DNA of 64,000 bases, taken from assembly GCA_964355135.1 (NCBI GenBank), contig CAYHCG010000006.1:9453-73452 (forward strand), given 5' to 3'. Shown one piece after another: positions 1-9,979 of the stretch. The position numbers and the translations under genes are program-made. How positions within the stretch are numbered: the first letter of the stretch is position 1; each line of letters begins with the position of its first letter. Source of the DNA: Candidatus Woesearchaeota archaeon. Its GTDB lineage: Archaea > Nanobdellota > Nanobdellia > Pacearchaeales > GW2011-AR1. The notes under the pieces were generated by a model. That model searched no databases, had not been told where the DNA came from, and saw only the letters and a program-made list of their open reading frames with translations.

Positions 1-1
1 A

Positions 2-1213
2 AGTGAAGAAAATATAGAAATTTATTCTTTGATAAGTGTCAGTATGACTCCTAGAGGCAAATTTTCACTTGCGGAGGGCCAGACGACTATCGAAGTTACT
101 GCCACTCCAGATGAAATCATACGATCAAGAACAGGATTCTTCAATTTTGAATATCAAATCAAAGGAGACGTATCTGGAATAATTAAAGATAATTTACTTA
201 TCAAGATTGTTGACTTAGCCGATGTGCTGGAAATAGAACCTGGGCCATTACATCCATCAAGTTCTCAAGCAACAGTTATTATCAGGAATAAAGAAAATAC
301 TCATTTAGAAAATGTTAAAATTGATTTCGATTCGCCTTTCTTTTCAGGTACACAGACGGTTTCTTTAGGGCCCTTTGAAGAAGTAGAAGTTAATTTGACT
401 GTAAATAAAGATAAGGAGAAGATTGTTGCTGGAGCTTATATTGTCTCAGCAAATATCAATGTTAAAGACGAGGAAACAAAGATAGAGGGAATTATTGATT
501 ATTTGGAATCCAGTGGCACTTCAGTTGATGAGTCTACTAAAGGAATAATTATCAAAGAGACCACCATAACAAAAACTAATCAGGGAAATACTCCTACAGA
601 AGCTACAATAGAAGTTGAAAAAGATATTATTTCTAGATTATTTACTTCTATGTCACTAGAGGCAGATAGTATAGAGAGAAATGGATTAATGATGAAATAT
701 TTATGGACTAGAAATCTTAATCCGGGAGAGAGCTTTACAATCCAGACCACAACAAATTATACTATTCCATTTATTTTGATTATTTTGATAGTTGCAGTAG
801 GCGTATTAGCTAAAGTGTATTCGCAGACTGCTGTTGTTTTGAAAAAGAGAGTAGCTTATGTAAAGACTAAAGGTGGTCAATTTGCCTTGAAAGTAAATAT
901 CCATGTTAAAGCAAAGAAACATGTTGATAATGTTCAATTAATTGATGTTTTGCCTAGAATGACAAAACTTTATGAAAACTTTGGAAAGAAACCTGATAAA
1001 ATTGATAAAGCAAGCAAGAGAGTTTACTGGAATATAGATAAATTGAGCGCAGGCGAAGAAAGAGTTTACTCTTATATTATTTATTCTGATTTAACTATAG
1101 TCGGAAGATTTGAATTGCCTGCCACTACTGCTGTTTATGAGAAAGACGGAAAGACTGCGGAATCCTGGTCGAATAGAACTTATTTTGTCGCTGAGACAAA
1201 TAAAGTTGATTAA
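2..1213 (+). CDS. 5'-truncated membrane protein with beta-rich N-terminal part, one TM helix and a DUF11-like C-terminal segment
   Basis: The frame is open from nt 2 to the listed TTG at 29, so the gene probably starts off-window. Hydrophobic stretch IPFILIILIVAVGVLAKVY. Segment VYWNIDKLSAGEERVYSY resembles DUF11-type repeats. Confidence 0.5.
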   Translation, partial: SEENIEIYSLISVSMTPRGKFSLAEGQTTIEVTATPDEIIRSRTGFFNFEYQIKGDVSGIIKDNLLIKIVDLADVLEIEPGPLHPSSSQATVIIRNKENTHLENVKIDFDSPFFSGTQTVSLGPFEEVEVNLTVNKDKEKIVAGAYIVSANINVKDEETKIEGIIDYLESSGTSVDESTKGIIIKETTITKTNQGNTPTEATIEVEKDIISRLFTSMSLEADSIERNGLMMKYLWTRNLNPGESFTIQTTTNYTIPFILIILIVAVGVLAKVYSQTAVVLKKRVAYVKTKGGQFALKVNIHVKAKKHVDNVQLIDVLPRMTKLYENFGKKPDKIDKASKRVYWNIDKLSAGEERVYSYIIYSDLTIVGRFELPATTAVYEKDGKTAESWSNRTYFVAETNKVD

Positions 1214-1261
1214 AATTATTTTTATAGTGACCTTTAAATAATTGTTTTAAATTATATAAAA

Positions 1262-1921
1262 ATGGGTGAACGTGCAACGAGAGTTTTAAAATGGATTTTT
1301 TGGATTTGGGTTGTACTAATGCTTTTATTACAGATTGCTAATCTTTTTATGAATGGGGTAAACAGGGGAACATTAATAATTTTCAGTGAATTTCTTATTT
1401 TTGTATGGTTTGGATTTATTTACTTTTTGAGAAAACCTTTATCTAAAATTATAAAGAAAATTCCTAATAAATATTTAAGGTTTGTAGTTGTCGGATATCT
1501 TTCTACGGTTGTTGCAGAACTTGTCTATATGTTTTCACATCCAATGCATAGAAATGTAGTGTGGGATCTTATCTTGACGGCGCCGTGGTATATACTCTGG
1601 ATGGCACTTTGGTTTAAAATATTAAAGAAATATGATTATAGTTTAGTTGAAGCATTTGTACTTGCAGGAGTTCATGGTCTTATCATAGAGGGTCTTTTGA
1701 ATAGTCCTTTGCTTGCATTAATGGGTCTGCCTTTATTCATAGCATTATATGGGTGTTTCTTTATTGTTCCTTATCTACTAATGAAAGATGAATTTAAAGG
1801 ACAAAAACATGCTAGTCTATGGAAGAAGATTAAGATGTCATTTGTTCCATTGATAGCATTTATAATAGGTTTTATATGGATATTTTCTTTAGTTAAAATA
1901 TTTGGTTTAACTTTACATTAG
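1262..1921 (+). CDS. multi-pass integral membrane protein, family not recognised
   Basis: 219-aa ORF with about six hydrophobic helices, e.g. WIFWIWVVLMLLLQIANLF and LIIFSEFLIFVWFGFIYFL. Confidence 0.5.
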   Translation: MGERATRVLKWIFWIWVVLMLLLQIANLFMNGVNRGTLIIFSEFLIFVWFGFIYFLRKPLSKIIKKIPNKYLRFVVVGYLSTVVAELVYMFSHPMHRNVVWDLILTAPWYILWMALWFKILKKYDYSLVEAFVLAGVHGLIIEGLLNSPLLALMGLPLFIALYGCFFIVPYLLMKDEFKGQKHASLWKKIKMSFVPLIAFIIGFIWIFSLVKIFGLTLH

Positions 1922-1962
1922 AAATCTAGGGAAATAATATAGAAATTAAAAATTACATAAAG

Positions 1963-2358
1963 TTAAATCTTAATCTTCTTAATTTCTTCAACTTTATTGA
2001 AATGGTGGTCTAAAGTTAGTATCTCTTTATTTTTAGTCGACAGAGCGGCTTGTAGAATTATAGAGTCTTCATAGTCCAGATTATATTTTTTCATCCATTT
2101 GGTTGCTTGAATCCTATCTTTTGAACTTATCTGATAAATAGTTAGGCCTTTGTATGATGAAAGACTCTTAATAAAAAGCCGAATAGAAGAAAGTTCTACA
2201 TTATTTCTATTCATTATTATAATTATAGAGTCTATAGTAAAATTAGTTAAGGCTGCTTCTTTTTTGCCTTCTTTTACTTCTTGGAGTATTTTCTTACATG
2301 CTTCTGTTTTCTCTTGATTAAGGAGTACCTCAAGAAAAATGTTTGCGTCTATTAGCAT
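1963..2358 (-). CDS. vapC: PIN-domain toxin (VapC-like)
   Basis: 131 aa. N-terminus MLIDANIFLEVLL with the conserved early Asp typical of PIN domains. It overlaps the upstream small gene by 29 nt. Confidence 0.7.
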   Translation of the reverse strand: MLIDANIFLEVLLNQEKTEACKKILQEVKEGKKEAALTNFTIDSIIIIMNRNNVELSSIRLFIKSLSSYKGLTIYQISSKDRIQATKWMKKYNLDYEDSIILQAALSTKNKEILTLDHHFNKVEEIKKIKI

Positions 2359-2611
2359 ATTTCTCCGTTAAGATTTTTCCAAAGCTGTGCTGCAATTCAA
2401 CAGATCCTTTTTTTACGTGTTTCATTAAACCAGCAATGGCATTCACAGGATCCTCTATTTCTTCCCCTTCGTTATAAGAAGATGCCCAACTGTTCATTGC
2501 TTCTTGAGCTGCGATGCTAATTGCTCCTTTTCTATAACCAAATTTTTTCATGGCTACCTTTCTGAAGTACTCTTCTATTTCATTTGAGACACTTATCTTC
2601 ATTTCTCCCAT
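2330..2611 (-). CDS. ribbon-helix-helix-like antitoxin partner of the PIN toxin
   Basis: 93 aa. N-terminal strand-helix pattern KISVSNEIEEYFRKVAMKKFG. Position and overlap are typical of VapB. Confidence 0.55.
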   Translation of the reverse strand: MGEMKISVSNEIEEYFRKVAMKKFGYRKGAISIAAQEAMNSWASSYNEGEEIEDPVNAIAGLMKHVKKGSVELQHSFGKILTEKYANRRKHFS

Positions 2612-2678
2612 AAGTACTTATGGGGGGAGGTTATTATATAAATCTTTTGTTAGTTTAGCCATTAATAAAAAATAAAAA

Positions 2679-4964
2679 TTAACCTGTGTATAGTGGACCG
2701 GTTTCTATACCTGCTTTGACTTTCTTAAGATAGTAATCTTCAATCTTCTTGTATCTTTGAGCGCTTTCTTTTGATACAGAGGCTTTTACTCTTGTTAATG
2801 CTTCTTCAAAGTCTCTTCTTGTAACTACCTTTGCATCTTTATCAGTTCTTAATGCATTTAACGCAGCTTCTCTGACTAATGATTCAATATCTGCTCCTAC
2901 GAAACCTTCAGTTAGTTTTACTAATTCTTCTGCATTTACATCTTTTGATACTGGAGTGTTTTTCATATGCACTTCAAGAATCTTCTTTCTGCTTTCTTCA
3001 TCTGGAATGTCTACCAAGATGACGCGATCGAATCTTCCTGGACGTAATAAAGCAGGATCTAACATATCAGGACGATTAGTTGCTCCAATGATTGTTACGT
3101 CTTTAAGACCTTCTAGACCATCGATTTCTGCAAGAAGTTGGTTTAAGACACGCTCGGTTACCTTTGTTCCATTGTCTACTCCTCTACGGCCTGCTAGAGC
3201 ATCTACTTCATCAAAGAATACAACACAGGGAGCGACTTGGCGGGCTCTTTCAAAGACCTTTCTTACGCCTTCTTCTGACTTTCCGACCCACATAGATAAC
3301 AATGAAGGGCCTTTAATATGTATGAAGTTGGCTTCTGATTCTTTTGCTACAGCTTTAGCTAATAATGTCTTACCCGTGCCTGGAGGACCGTAAAGTAATA
3401 TTCCTCTAGGCGCGCGGATGCCTAAACGAGTGAAACTTTCTGGATGTGTGATAGGCCATTCAACTGCCTCTTTTAGATCTTGTTTTGTTTTTTCTAAACC
3501 GCCGATTTCATTCCAGCCAATATTAGGAGTTTCGACAAAAACTTCTCTCATTGCACTTGGTCTTACTACTCTTAGAGCTTCTTCAAAATCTTCTGCGCGG
3601 ACAATGATTTTATCTAGAACTTCCTGAGGGACAGGTTCTTCTCCTTCTAGCTTTAATTCTGGAAGCATTTTTCTTAAGACCACCATTGCAGCTTCTTTAG
3701 TTAGTGATGATAAGTCTGCTCCTACAAAACCGTGAGTTTTTCCGGCTAATTTTTCTAAACTAACGTTTTTTGTTAACGGCATGTTTCTAGTGTGAATTTT
3801 TAAAATATCTAGACGAGCTTGTTTTGCCGGGACGGATATTTCTATTTCACGGTCAAATCTACCTGGTCTTCTCAAAGCAGGGTCTATAGAATTAACTCTG
3901 TTAGTTGCTCCGATGACTACTACTTTTCCTCTTGATTTTAAACCATCCATCATAGTTAAGAGTTGTGAGACGACACGCCTCTCAACTTCACCCTGAACTT
4001 CTTCTCTTTTAGGAGCTACTGCATCTATTTCATCAATGAAAATTATTGAAGGGGCATTTTTTTGAGCGTCTTCAAAAATATCTCTTATTTTCTTTTCGCT
4101 TTCTCCGTAGAACTTAGACATTACTTCTGGGCCGTTTAGTAGAATAAAATTGGCTTCTGTTTCATTCGCTACTGCTTTAGCTAATAATGTCTTACCCGTG
4201 CCTGGAGGACCGTGTAATAAAACTCCTTTTGGAGGGTCGATGCCAAGTTTTTCAAAAATTTCAGGATGTCTAAGAGGTAATTCTACCATTTCTCTTACTT
4301 TTTTTATTTCTTCTCTTAAGCCGCCAATGTCTTCATAGGTTACTTCCGGAAGAGCTTCATCTGAAACATCTACTGCTTTAGGACTTAACGTGACTTGCGT
4401 ATCTTCATTTATGAAACATCCTTGATTAGGAGTATTCGATACAACTACGAAACGGATTTGCTGGAACCCTGCGAATCCTGGGAAAGAACCCATGTCTTGT
4501 AAAAATTCTCCGAATAAATCAGGGAAGCCATTTGACATCATGTCTCTTCTTCTGTGCACTCCGCCTAAAGAAATAATATCTCCTTTTGTTATTGGTCTGC
4601 CTAGCAATCCATTTTTTAACATTTCAGGATCTGCATGAACTGTAATTCCTTGTTGGGCAGGAGCAATTGTAACTGATTTTGCAGGCTTAAGAACTCCTTT
4701 TTTGACAAAGACTTGTTCGCCTACTGAAACTTTTGCATTTTTTCTTATTAATCCATCTATTCTGATTATATTTTCCCCGACATCTGCAGGGTATGCTCTA
4801 TCGACTACTACGAAAGTTTCTCTGTTTCCTTTAACGGAGATTATATCTCCTCTAACTAAACTTAAAGATTTCATGAGCTGAGGGTCAATTCTGGCGACTC
4901 CTTTGTAAACGTCGTCCTGCAATGACTCAACTACTTTTAGCCTGATTTGATTTTCTTTTGCCAT
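2679..4964 (-). CDS. cdc48: Cdc48/VCP-type AAA+ ATPase (two AAA domains)
   Basis: 761 aa. Two Walker A motifs [15 protein letters not shown], two Walker B motifs ([16 protein letters not shown]), and a Cdc48-like N-domain (VARIDP...GDIISV). Confidence 0.95.
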   Translation of the reverse strand: MAKENQIRLKVVESLQDDVYKGVARIDPQLMKSLSLVRGDIISVKGNRETFVVVDRAYPADVGENIIRIDGLIRKNAKVSVGEQVFVKKGVLKPAKSVTIAPAQQGITVHADPEMLKNGLLGRPITKGDIISLGGVHRRRDMMSNGFPDLFGEFLQDMGSFPGFAGFQQIRFVVVSNTPNQGCFINEDTQVTLSPKAVDVSDEALPEVTYEDIGGLREEIKKVREMVELPLRHPEIFEKLGIDPPKGVLLHGPPGTGKTLLAKAVANETEANFILLNGPEVMSKFYGESEKKIRDIFEDAQKNAPSIIFIDEIDAVAPKREEVQGEVERRVVSQLLTMMDGLKSRGKVVVIGATNRVNSIDPALRRPGRFDREIEISVPAKQARLDILKIHTRNMPLTKNVSLEKLAGKTHGFVGADLSSLTKEAAMVVLRKMLPELKLEGEEPVPQEVLDKIIVRAEDFEEALRVVRPSAMREVFVETPNIGWNEIGGLEKTKQDLKEAVEWPITHPESFTRLGIRAPRGILLYGPPGTGKTLLAKAVAKESEANFIHIKGPSLLSMWVGKSEEGVRKVFERARQVAPCVVFFDEVDALAGRRGVDNGTKVTERVLNQLLAEIDGLEGLKDVTIIGATNRPDMLDPALLRPGRFDRVILVDIPDEESRKKILEVHMKNTPVSKDVNAEELVKLTEGFVGADIESLVREAALNALRTDKDAKVVTRRDFEEALTRVKASVSKESAQRYKKIEDYYLKKVKAGIETGPLYTG

Positions 4965-5302
4965 TATTGGAATATTAAGCTCAACCTGCCGAAGTCTTCG
5001 AAGGATAATTTTACCACTTCGTTCATCTTTGCATGGTTTCTTTGATGGATGAAATCAACAATCTCCTTTGGAATGCTGACTGCATGACTGTTTCCTACCA
5101 TTCTTAGTTTAACTATATATACTTTACTTTTTATATGATTGTAGTGGTTATAATTACTTATATCTTCTGGGTGCATTATTCTTTCACCACATTTCTCGCA
5201 TTGTACTGCTCTGAGATGAAAACCTGATTTTTCGACGGTTATAGGAAGCATTCTTACGTCGCATTTCTCGCACATAATCTTTGCATCAAATATGTCTTTC
5301 AT
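4964..5302 (-). CDS. zinc-ribbon plus AbrB/SpoVT-like small protein, translationally coupled to cdc48
   Basis: Start moved to the internal ATG (MKDIF). Two CxxC pairs (CEKCD...CEKCGE). AbrB-like MVGNSHAVSIPKEIV. Its stop overlaps the cdc48 ATG (TAATG). Confidence 0.5.
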   Translation of the reverse strand: MKDIFDAKIMCEKCDVRMLPITVEKSGFHLRAVQCEKCGERIMHPEDISNYNHYNHIKSKVYIVKLRMVGNSHAVSIPKEIVDFIHQRNHAKMNEVVKLSFEDFGRLSLIFQ

Positions 5303-5317
5303 CTTGTAGCTCCTTTG

Positions 5318-5339
5318 TGTGTATACGTAATGTGTATAC
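5318..5339. promoter_or_regulatory. direct repeat TGTGTATAC x2 (13-nt spacing) upstream of the AbrB-like/cdc48 operon
   Basis: TGTGTATAC occurs at 5318-5326 and 5331-5339. Each copy contains the palindrome GTATAC. The repeats lie 16-37 nt upstream of the ATG at 5302 (minus strand). Confidence 0.35.
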
Positions 5340-5373
5340 TGAGGTTTATAAACGTTATGGATAAATAATTTGT

Positions 5374-6447
5374 ATGATGAAAAGTTATTTTGAAACACGA
5401 GTAGGCCACAACGAACATCTAAGAAGGCTACTAGCAGGTTCTAAAGAAAGATTTTATAAGGGCGTGACGGAAAGTCTTTTTCAAGTTGATTTTAATGGAG
5501 AAGTTTCTTTACTAAGAGATTCCGACAAAATGCAAAATATTGTTTATCTGGAAAAGATAAGAGCGGAAGCTGGCGTTTTTGCTCAAAGATACTACAACAC
5601 ATTTGTAAATCAGGCTAACATGTTCAGATTAAGCCGGAGAGACAGAGACTCTTGGAACAAATGGGCGGACAGGGTTAAACAAGTCACATGGGCTAGCAGA
5701 GATGTTACTCTTCCGGATGAATCAGAATTAACCCAAAGAGCGAATAAACTAAGAGTATGGCTAAATGACAATATTGTAAAGAGTTTTGAACAAAATATGG
5801 CTTTATATAAATTAATGGCTCCACATAATTTTTGTATTTCTCCTTTTGTTTCATCCGATTTGGAGAAATCGATGTCCGATAACTTTTTGGGAGGTCTGGG
5901 AGAGTATCGGGTAATTTCTGGGTGGCTAAAAAGCCCCCTATTAATTTATAGTTCGCCTGGATATAGGTTTGATTTAGGGATGTGGGTGAATCCAGATAGC
6001 AGATTAAAGTTAAAGATGTATTGCAAACATGAAACGGACGGATTATTGGATGTTTTAGATGTAGAGGCACAATTCAGAGGAGGCAGGTTTGAGGATATTG
6101 TACATTATGATATAAAAAAGAGAAATACTCTTATGAAAATTTCTAATGCTCATGTTGAACGGGGTGAAATAATTGATGAGAAGGATAGTATAGTAGATTT
6201 TGAGATGAGTGGGAATCCTAGGAGCGGTTCAGTTAAGACGAGAATGAGAACATTGGGAGGACAAGAAAGGATGGTTCTCACTGATTTAGATAGTGCTAAA
6301 AGACAAATATTTGTTGTAAAATATTGGGCCTCTAACCCCGTTATTGCCGGAGGCGAGTTATTGAAGAGAGGAATAGAAATTATCGAGAACGACGGAAGAT
6401 ATGAATCCTTGGTTGGACTAGCGAAAAAGAAAGTAAGCGCGAGATAA
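5374..6447 (+). CDS. hypothetical protein
   Basis: 357-aa ORF of normal composition with no motif recognised. Confidence 0.5.
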   Translation: MMKSYFETRVGHNEHLRRLLAGSKERFYKGVTESLFQVDFNGEVSLLRDSDKMQNIVYLEKIRAEAGVFAQRYYNTFVNQANMFRLSRRDRDSWNKWADRVKQVTWASRDVTLPDESELTQRANKLRVWLNDNIVKSFEQNMALYKLMAPHNFCISPFVSSDLEKSMSDNFLGGLGEYRVISGWLKSPLLIYSSPGYRFDLGMWVNPDSRLKLKMYCKHETDGLLDVLDVEAQFRGGRFEDIVHYDIKKRNTLMKISNAHVERGEIIDEKDSIVDFEMSGNPRSGSVKTRMRTLGGQERMVLTDLDSAKRQIFVVKYWASNPVIAGGELLKRGIEIIENDGRYESLVGLAKKKVSAR

Positions 6448-6512
6448 TATTTTTTTAAGTAAGTGATATATCCTAGGAAAAGATTAATATATTCTATCTT
6501 GTTGTAATCTAT

Positions 6513-6713
6513 ATGGATGGCTCCATTTATTTATCAGATTTAATAAGTACAGGTCCTGCAGAAGTCCCTAGAATAAGTGATGATGAGAGAAGGGATTTTT
6601 CTGAGAGGGTTAGAATGGAAATGGCAAGGCTAGGATTCGATAAGGCTAATGAATTGACTGAAAGATCAACTATATTGACTGGACAAGATTATAGGGCGTA
6701 TATTAATTATTAG
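6513..6713 (+). CDS. small hypothetical protein
   Basis: 66-aa ORF in an otherwise empty gap. There is no other support. Confidence 0.3.
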   Translation: MDGSIYLSDLISTGPAEVPRISDDERRDFSERVRMEMARLGFDKANELTERSTILTGQDYRAYINY

Positions 6714-6757
6714 GATTTTAAGATAAAGTTAAAATAGAGATTTATCTTGCTGATCTA

Positions 6758-7390
6758 ATGAAAAGTAGATTTAGATATCATGCATTGAAACTGTGTTTGT
6801 TGATGATAGTTATATTTGGAATACAATATTTCTCTAGCGGTTTTACAGAATTGTTTGTTTTAAATGAGGATGCATGGACCCAGCCTTGGAGGTTTTTGAC
6901 TTCGGTATTCTTGCACGGGGGGCTATTGCATTTGCTTTACAATATATTTGCGCTTGCATTGTTTGGAAGCATACTCGAGAGCATGGTTGGAGAAAAGAAA
7001 TTCTTGCTGGCGTTTTTTGTGACGGGAATACTTGCTAATTTGATATCTATTAATTTTTATTCTTCAAGTCTTGGGGCGAGTGGAGCGATCTTTGGAGTGC
7101 TGGGAGCTTTGGTTATTGTTAGACCACTGATGGTTGTATGGGCATTTGGGTTGCCTATGCCCATGTTTGTAGCGGGGATATTATGGGCAGTAGGAGATAT
7201 AATCGGAGCAGTAGGATTTTTGATTGGGAATCCTATGAATAACACTGGAAATATTGCGCATTTGTCTGGAATGTTTTTTGGTTTTATATTTGGCATGGTT
7301 TATAGAAGATATTTTAGACAAGTGAGAAACGTGAATGTTTCTATAGACGAAGGCGAAGTAAGGAATTGGGAAAGAAGTTGGATGAAATAG
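6758..7390 (+). CDS. rhomboid-family intramembrane serine protease
   Basis: Six hydrophobic helices. LHGGLLHLLYN motif, catalytic GASGAIFGVLG and a downstream AHLSGMFFG histidine. Confidence 0.8.
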   Translation: MKSRFRYHALKLCLLMIVIFGIQYFSSGFTELFVLNEDAWTQPWRFLTSVFLHGGLLHLLYNIFALALFGSILESMVGEKKFLLAFFVTGILANLISINFYSSSLGASGAIFGVLGALVIVRPLMVVWAFGLPMPMFVAGILWAVGDIIGAVGFLIGNPMNNTGNIAHLSGMFFGFIFGMVYRRYFRQVRNVNVSIDEGEVRNWERSWMK

Positions 7391-8245
7391 TTAGACGTCC
7401 TGTCTTGAATAAAGTAGGTAATCTAGATTGACACCTTTTCTTTGTGGATGGAATTTTGTTGGATACTTGTCATCTTCTTTTGGTTTCTCTCTAACAGGAA
7501 TGTGTCTTACGAATCCCCAGTCGCTTATTACATACACGGGCTGACCGTTTTCGTATTTAATTTTACTTCCACCTGAAGAGGCGTTTACTTGTTTGATTCT
7601 ATGTTGCAATTCAGTATGTTCTAACTCTTTCGGTTTGTAAGGATGCTTTTCTATGAATTGTTTTCTGACATCTTCACCAAAAACGTCAGAGCATATTTCA
7701 TCTGCTTGGCAGCCTGCAAGTACAAGACCGCGATGCAAATATGGTTTAAAGAAAGGCACGGCTGAACCTGAATGGCAGCTTGTGTTAACAAGAACGAAGG
7801 GAACGCTAGCGAATAATGGGGCGAAATCATAATAAGGCACGCGATTTTCTTTTTTATCTTGATTCATACATCCCTCTAGCCCATGGCCTTCATAAATAAC
7901 TACGGCATATCTACCAGGTACGCTTTCAACTGTGTCAAAGAAAACTTTTGTTCTCAACAAGAATTGTGATTTTTTCATGTCTCTTGCTGAAAAGCGATCA
8001 ATTTGGGCAGCAGGTATTGAAGTTTCTTCATGAAGATAATGCTTCCATTCATTGGCTTCGCGTTCAAACCTGTATTCATCTCCTTCGTGAGTTCCTGTTA
8101 TTAGTAATACAAAAGTATTTTCTCTATTCAAGCGTCTTGTTTTTTCGTCTTGGGGTATCTTTAAGGGGGCCTTTCTCATTATTCCTTTTACAGCTGGAGG
8201 TGTAGGTGTGTAGAAAGGAAAACTTTCTTGAATATTCGCGACCAT
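7391..8245 (-). CDS. hypothetical protein with clan-CD (legumain/caspase-like) His-Cys dyad pattern
   Basis: A hydrophobic strand then HG (VVIYEGHG), and 36 aa later a hydrophobic strand then Cys (FVLVNTSCHSG). Confidence 0.45.
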   Translation of the reverse strand: MVANIQESFPFYTPTPPAVKGIMRKAPLKIPQDEKTRRLNRENTFVLLITGTHEGDEYRFEREANEWKHYLHEETSIPAAQIDRFSARDMKKSQFLLRTKVFFDTVESVPGRYAVVIYEGHGLEGCMNQDKKENRVPYYDFAPLFASVPFVLVNTSCHSGSAVPFFKPYLHRGLVLAGCQADEICSDVFGEDVRKQFIEKHPYKPKELEHTELQHRIKQVNASSGGSKIKYENGQPVYVISDWGFVRHIPVREKPKEDDKYPTKFHPQRKGVNLDYLLYSRQDV

Positions 8246-8320
8246 AAAAATCCCATAAGTTACTAGTTTAAAAGTTTATTTATAGGAAAGTTTATATATC
8301 ATATTATAATACATTATAAT

Positions 8321-9070
8321 ATGGAAATGATAGTTAAACAGACTAGGGAAGTTGGAACATCTGCGGGTGTTTTACTGCCAAGGAGTTGGCTGAATAAACA
8401 GGTAGTGGTAACTCTTCTAAAACCTTCAACAGAAGAAATTATTAGAGATGTTATTGATATTTTATTAAAGGAGAGATTAAATTCTGAAGTAAAAGGCATT
8501 TATCTCTATGGTAGTTATGCTAGGGGAGATTATGATCCAAATAGCGATATAGACATTTTAGTACTTACTACAAAGAGCAATAAACTTATTAGATCGGGAA
8601 ATTATGAACTATTGATAGTCTCGGAAGACAATTTTTCTAAGAATTTGAACGAGAACCTTAATTATCTTGCTTTGCTTAGGGAAGTTGAAACTTTACTAAA
8701 TAGGGAGTTGATTGAGAATTATAAATCAAAGAAGATTAAATTTAATTCCAGAAAGCATCTGTTAGAAATAGGAAGTGTTGTCAAGATAAATAAGGGCACT
8801 GTAGAAATTTGTGGAAGTAATAGAAAGCAAGTACCTGATGGAGTAGTATATTCTATTGTTTTAAGGTTGAGGGAATTATCTCTCCTTAAAGACATTATTT
8901 CTCATAAGTCTTACTCTAAAAATGATTTTTCTAAATTAGTTGGGGAGAAAGCTTATTCTGCTTATTTAAGGGTCAAAAGGAATGAAAAAGAACTAAACAA
9001 TCTATCTGCGGAAGAAATAAATCCAATACTAAACATATCTGAAAAATGGCTAAAAGAATTAAAAGAGTAG
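8321..9070 (+). CDS. AbrB-like N-terminal domain fused to a MNT-type nucleotidyltransferase domain
   Basis: VGTSAGVLLPRSWLNKQVVV (swapped-hairpin-like) followed by GIYLYGSYARGDYDPNSDIDILVL (the GS...D.D nucleotidyltransferase motif). Confidence 0.7.
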   Translation: MEMIVKQTREVGTSAGVLLPRSWLNKQVVVTLLKPSTEEIIRDVIDILLKERLNSEVKGIYLYGSYARGDYDPNSDIDILVLTTKSNKLIRSGNYELLIVSEDNFSKNLNENLNYLALLREVETLLNRELIENYKSKKIKFNSRKHLLEIGSVVKINKGTVEICGSNRKQVPDGVVYSIVLRLRELSLLKDIISHKSYSKNDFSKLVGEKAYSAYLRVKRNEKELNNLSAEEINPILNISEKWLKELKE

Positions 9071-9303
9071 AGAAGGGAGTTGAAAGTCTCAAAGAGGAGA
9101 TAGAGACACACTTTAAGAAATTGGAAAACGATTTATTTGAGGGAAATATTGATAGAGGAAGATACCATGCGAAAGAAATTGATAAAAGTCTATTAAGGGC
9201 CTTAGAGATTAAACTTGGTATTTTAGGAATCAGAGACGATTCTTTAATGAAGTTTAAAGAAAGGTTGGAAAAAATTAAGAAAGATTTTGGATATATAGAA
9301 TAA
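9046..9303 (+). CDS. small helical/coiled-coil protein
   Basis: 85-aa charged helical ORF overlapping the end of the nucleotidyltransferase gene. No motif recognised. Confidence 0.35.
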   Translation: MAKRIKRVEKGVESLKEEIETHFKKLENDLFEGNIDRGRYHAKEIDKSLLRALEIKLGILGIRDDSLMKFKERLEKIKKDFGYIE

Positions 9304-9353
9304 CGTTTAAATAAAAAGTAAATGTTTTTAATATAAGGATAATATCCTGTTGT

Positions 9354-9746
9354 ATGGGTTCAAATAAAAGAGTAAAAATAGGAAAATCTAAAATTGTGGG
9401 GGCAGGAAGAGGAGTTTTTGCAGAACACTTAATCAAGAAAGGAGAGATAATTGAATATTGTCCAGTTCTTATTCTCCCAAAAAAAGATTATCCTATTGTT
9501 AAAAAGACACTTTTAAAAAATTACTATTTTATGTGGGGAAAGGTTACTTGCGGGATTTGTTTAGGTTTTGGTTCTCTCTATAATCATTCTTATGAACCAA
9601 ACGCAACATACAAGAAAGATATTAAAAAACAACTAATAAGGTTTTTCTCTATAAAGGATATTAAAAAAGGGAAGGAGATAACGGTCAACTATAATTATGG
9701 GAATTCCCAGAGTAAGAAAAAACTTTGGATAAAAGACATCAATTAA
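9354..9746 (+). CDS. SET-domain protein (lysine methyltransferase family)
   Basis: GAGRGVFA, NHSYEPNA (NHSCEPN-like) and ITVNYNYG motifs in a 130-aa protein. Confidence 0.8.
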   Translation: MGSNKRVKIGKSKIVGAGRGVFAEHLIKKGEIIEYCPVLILPKKDYPIVKKTLLKNYYFMWGKVTCGICLGFGSLYNHSYEPNATYKKDIKKQLIRFFSIKDIKKGKEITVNYNYGNSQSKKKLWIKDIN

Positions 9747-9808
9747 TCAAAACTTCCTTAATTAATGAAGGAGATTATGGATTTATAGAATAACGTTCGA
9801 ATCAAAAA

Positions 9809-9881
9809 TGCCCGATCCGGGATTCGAACCCGGGTTTAGGCCGCGAAAGGGCCTCGTGCTTGACCACTACACTAAACGGGC
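9809..9881 (-). tRNA. tRNA-Glu (anticodon UUC), no encoded CCA
   Basis: Hand-folded cloverleaf with acceptor GCCCGUU/AUCGGGC (one U-U mismatch) and D stem GUGU/GCAC. The anticodon stem is AGGCC/GGCCU with loop CUUUCGC. The T arm is CCGGG-UUCGAAU-CCCGG. Confidence 0.8.
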
Positions 9882-9979
9882 ATACACCTGTCAATAAAAG
9901 TTGTCTTTTAAATGTTGCTGTTTAACCGATCTTTAAAGGCAATAGAAAAACATAAAAACGCACTAAAAGTAGTATTAGT

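Noticed and set aside
2956-4338. Plus-strand ORFs of 145, 69 and 62 aa (2956-3393, 3418-3627, 4150-4338)
   Set aside because: They lie antisense inside the strongly supported cdc48 gene. They are Ser/Arg/Pro-rich shadow frames with no motifs.
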